A stretch of 64,000 bases of DNA. It comes from an uncultured delta proteobacterium (GTDB lineage Bacteria > Myxococcota_A > UBA9160 > UBA4427). The DNA is taken from the NCBI GenBank assembly GCA_963822965.1, contig CAWGJT010000010.1, positions 960,001 through 1,024,000 of the forward strand, in the 5' to 3' direction. Shown here piece by piece: positions 61,457-64,000 of this stretch (its first letter is position 1; every line of letters begins with the position of its first letter). Under the pieces are notes generated by a model. It ran no database searches, was not told where the DNA came from, and saw only the letters and a program-made list of their open reading frames with translations. The translations under genes and the position numbers were made by a program.

Positions 61457-62011
61457 ATGACGACCGAGACGCTGAACGGACTGGACCTCAAGCAGCTGAA
61501 CGAAACCGTGGACGCCATCAAGGGCGACGCGGAGATCGCGCAGTTCGAATTTCGCAGCACCAACGAGTGGGTCCAGGGCGGGGAGAACCGCTCGACGATC
61601 CAGCAGTTCTACGGCGCCAAGCAGTGGGACGATTCGCGCACGGAGCCCTTCGTTTTCACCAACGGCGAGCCGCCCGTGCTGCTGGGCGCGAACGAAGGCG
61701 CGAACCCCGTGGAGTTCCTCCTCCATGCGCTGGCCGGATGCGTGACGACGACCACCGTGCTCCACGCCGCGGCCCGGGGGATTCGCATCGAGTCCATCGC
61801 GACGCAGCTGCGGGGGCGGATCGACCTCCAGGGGCTGCTCGGCCTCGATCCGACCGTCGCCCCGGGCTACGAGTCGATCGAGATCGATATGGACATTCGT
61901 GCGGACTGCTCGGACGAGGAGCTCGACGCCCTGCTCCGCTTCGCCGAAGCGCACTCGCCCGTGTGCAACACGGTGTGTCGGCCGGTTCCGGTCACCCTGC
62001 GGCGGGTGTAG
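61457..62011 (+). CDS. OsmC/Ohr-like family protein
   Basis: EPPVLLG, NPVEFLLHALAGC and SPVC; GAGGAG RBS. Confidence 0.9.
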   Translation: MTTETLNGLDLKQLNETVDAIKGDAEIAQFEFRSTNEWVQGGENRSTIQQFYGAKQWDDSRTEPFVFTNGEPPVLLGANEGANPVEFLLHALAGCVTTTTVLHAAARGIRIESIATQLRGRIDLQGLLGLDPTVAPGYESIEIDMDIRADCSDEELDALLRFAEAHSPVCNTVCRPVPVTLRRV

Positions 62012-62181
62012 CGGGTGGACGAGGCCCGGGCCCACCACCCCGGTGGGTCCGGGCCTGCGCGCGGGTCTGCACCCCGTGTTGCCGGTTCGCTGCGTACGAG
62101 CTGCGCGGGTTCTCGCTCTCGTGCACCAGATTCGAGCCTTGCGGCTGGACCGATCCGACGATTCGGCCGATACGTGACCTC

Positions 62182-63489
62182 GTGGAGAGCCACCAGACCA
62201 ACGGGGAATCTGCGACCTCGGACGAGCTGCCGCTCGAGGCGGGCACCTCGCTCCGGGTGGACTACCGGTCCGCAGGCGAGCTCGAAACGGAGTTCGAAGA
62301 GAGCCTGCGTCATGGCGCACTCTTCGTGCCCAGCGAGGCGGAATGGGAGCTGGGGCAGTCCGTCTGCGTGCGTCTGGCTCTCGCCTTCTGCGACCGCGAG
62401 GTCGAGATCTCGGGACGGGTCGCAGCCCTCAGGCCGCCGGCCATGGCTCGGACCGGCGCGGTCCCGGGCGTTTCGGTTCAGCTTCGAACCCCGATCGCCA
62501 CACTTCGCACCACGCTCGAGGAGGCGACCGGACTCTCGCTGTCGGCGGCCGATCCCGGGCCCCGCGACGAGCGCCGCGAGTCGCCCCGGGGTCCTGCCCA
62601 CGGAATCGCGATGCTGGCGGTGGGCAGCTCCCGCTTCCCCGCCGAGATCCTCAACGTGAGCTACGGCGGCATGCTGGCCCTGCTCCACGGCCTGGACCTC
62701 GGGCCGGGCAGCGAGGCCGACGCGATCCTCAGGCATCCGCAGACGGAGCAGGAGATCTCCGTCCCGAGCCGAATCGTCAGCCAGGCTCGCTGCGACCACG
62801 GCAAGGTGGCGGTCGGAATCCAGTTCCAGTACCCGGCCAGGCGCATCGACGAGGTGATGGCCTTCATCGACGACCTGAAGAGCCTCCAGCACGCCAAGCG
62901 ACTCGCGCAGATCTCGGGCTCGCTGACCGACGCCTCTCTGGAAGACGTGATCGAGACCATGGCGGGGGCCTCGAGCGAGGGAACCCTGCGGATCTCCCGG
63001 GACGACGAGGAGGGCGTCCTCGTCCACCGGGACGGCGAGATCCTCCACGCCGCCACCGGCCTGGTCTCCGGCATGAAGGCCGTGAGCCGCCTGCTCCTGT
63101 GGCGTGACGGACGCTTCGCCTACCAGGCGGCGGTCGATCCCTTCGAGACTGCGGAGGCGCCTCTTCCCATCGAGGCCGCGCTGCTCGCAGCGGCGGTCAA
63201 CCGGGACGAGGCCGTGCGGCACGGGATCGACGAGTTCGAACCGGACGACGTCTTTCGCGTCGACACCACACTGCTGGAGCAGCTCGGACCCCAGCTGGAC
63301 GAGGTGCACCTCGACATCGCAGAGCACGTCCGCATGGGCTTTCCGCTGGGTGCCATCCTCGACATCCTGATCCAGGGGGACGGCGTGATCTACAAGGCTC
63401 TGGCCGAGCTCTTCGACAGCGGCGTCGTCTCCCGGTCGACTCCCACGGAGGCGCGCGGCGGCGCCGAGGAACGTCAGCGCCTCGCGTGA
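62182..63489 (+). CDS. Tandem PilZ plus DUF4388 domain protein
   Basis: First PilZ-like domain (LRVDY...GALFVP); second with RRESPR and NVSYGG; then ISGSL...GTL.I...G.L..RDGEILHA...W.DGRF (DUF4388). Confidence 0.8.
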   Translation: MESHQTNGESATSDELPLEAGTSLRVDYRSAGELETEFEESLRHGALFVPSEAEWELGQSVCVRLALAFCDREVEISGRVAALRPPAMARTGAVPGVSVQLRTPIATLRTTLEEATGLSLSAADPGPRDERRESPRGPAHGIAMLAVGSSRFPAEILNVSYGGMLALLHGLDLGPGSEADAILRHPQTEQEISVPSRIVSQARCDHGKVAVGIQFQYPARRIDEVMAFIDDLKSLQHAKRLAQISGSLTDASLEDVIETMAGASSEGTLRISRDDEEGVLVHRDGEILHAATGLVSGMKAVSRLLLWRDGRFAYQAAVDPFETAEAPLPIEAALLAAAVNRDEAVRHGIDEFEPDDVFRVDTTLLEQLGPQLDEVHLDIAEHVRMGFPLGAILDILIQGDGVIYKALAELFDSGVVSRSTPTEARGGAEERQRLA

Positions 63490-63538
63490 CGCGGGAACGG
63501 CCCGGGCCCTCGCGCCCGGGCGCCACCCGCGGCTCTCG

Positions 63539-64000
63539 TCAGGCTCCCGAACCGGGAACCACGTAGATCGCAATCGTCGCGAAGTGGACGGCGGCCCCGG
63601 CGATCACGAAGGCGTGGAAGATCTCGTGATAGCCGAAGACGGCCGGGACCGGGTCGGGCCGCTGCAGACCGTAGACGACGGCTCCTGCCACGTACAGCGC
63701 ACCGCCGACGAGCATCCACGCGGTGGCGGGGGCGCCGATCGCCGCGACCACCCGGGGCAGGAAGAGCACGGCCGCGGAGCCGACGACGACGAAGATCGCG
63801 GCACTCGCCCACTTCGGCGGCTCGCTCCAGATCGTCTTCACGATGCCGCCGAAGAGCGCCGCGCCCCACACGCCGGTCAGCACCCGGGAGGCCAGCTGCG
63901 GCTCGAGCTGGAGCATGGCGATGGGCGTGTACGTGCCCGCGATCAGGACGAAGATCATCGCCAGATCGACCCGCGCGACCCAGTAGCGCGCGCGCGGCGA
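63539..64000 (-). CDS. Hemolysin III / PAQR family membrane protein (5'-truncated)
   Basis: MIFVLIAGTYTP, GGALY.AG, FGYHEIFHAFV and VHF. Confidence 0.92.
   Translation of the reverse strand, partial: SPRARYWVARVDLAMIFVLIAGTYTPIAMLQLEPQLASRVLTGVWGAALFGGIVKTIWSEPPKWASAAIFVVVGSAAVLFLPRVVAAIGAPATAWMLVGGALYVAGAVVYGLQRPDPVPAVFGYHEIFHAFVIAGAAVHFATIAIYVVPGSGA

Overview
High-GC bacterial chromosomal window. Gene content and protein families suggest a Myxococcota-like deltaproteobacterial lineage, but that is inference. The left end carries housekeeping genes (a eukaryote-type UDP-sugar pyrophosphorylase, a yfgM-like gene, der, miaA, mutL) around an AT-rich island at about 3.6 kb. The island is a XerCD dif site with an orphan IS1202-family-like terminal end starting 5 bp outside the XerC arm. 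About 10-28 kb is a surface-glycan/PEP-CTERM-type locus: degenerate NtrC-like regulator, FHA protein, Wza, WcaJ, ExeA-like ATPase, BY-kinase with a VNTR, chain-length protein, secreted Fn3/lectin-like protein, carbamoyltransferase-SxtJ-DUF5989 triad, ManA, UDP-xylose synthase, DprE2-like SDR and a CAAX protease. The remainder holds signalling genes (Ser/Thr kinase, FHA, FHA-GGDEF, pseudo-Hpt, PilZ-DUF4388), stress and redox genes (two Hsp20, MsrA, OsmC, Csp, hemerythrin), metabolic genes, a second PEP-CTERM gene, and a non-coding G-quadruplex-type tandem repeat. Many conserved genes, including the essential der, are split by single-base indels, most likely sequencing or assembly errors. No rRNA, tRNA, CRISPR array, prophage or intact transposase was recognised. 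All family assignments are motif recognition by eye; no database searches were run.
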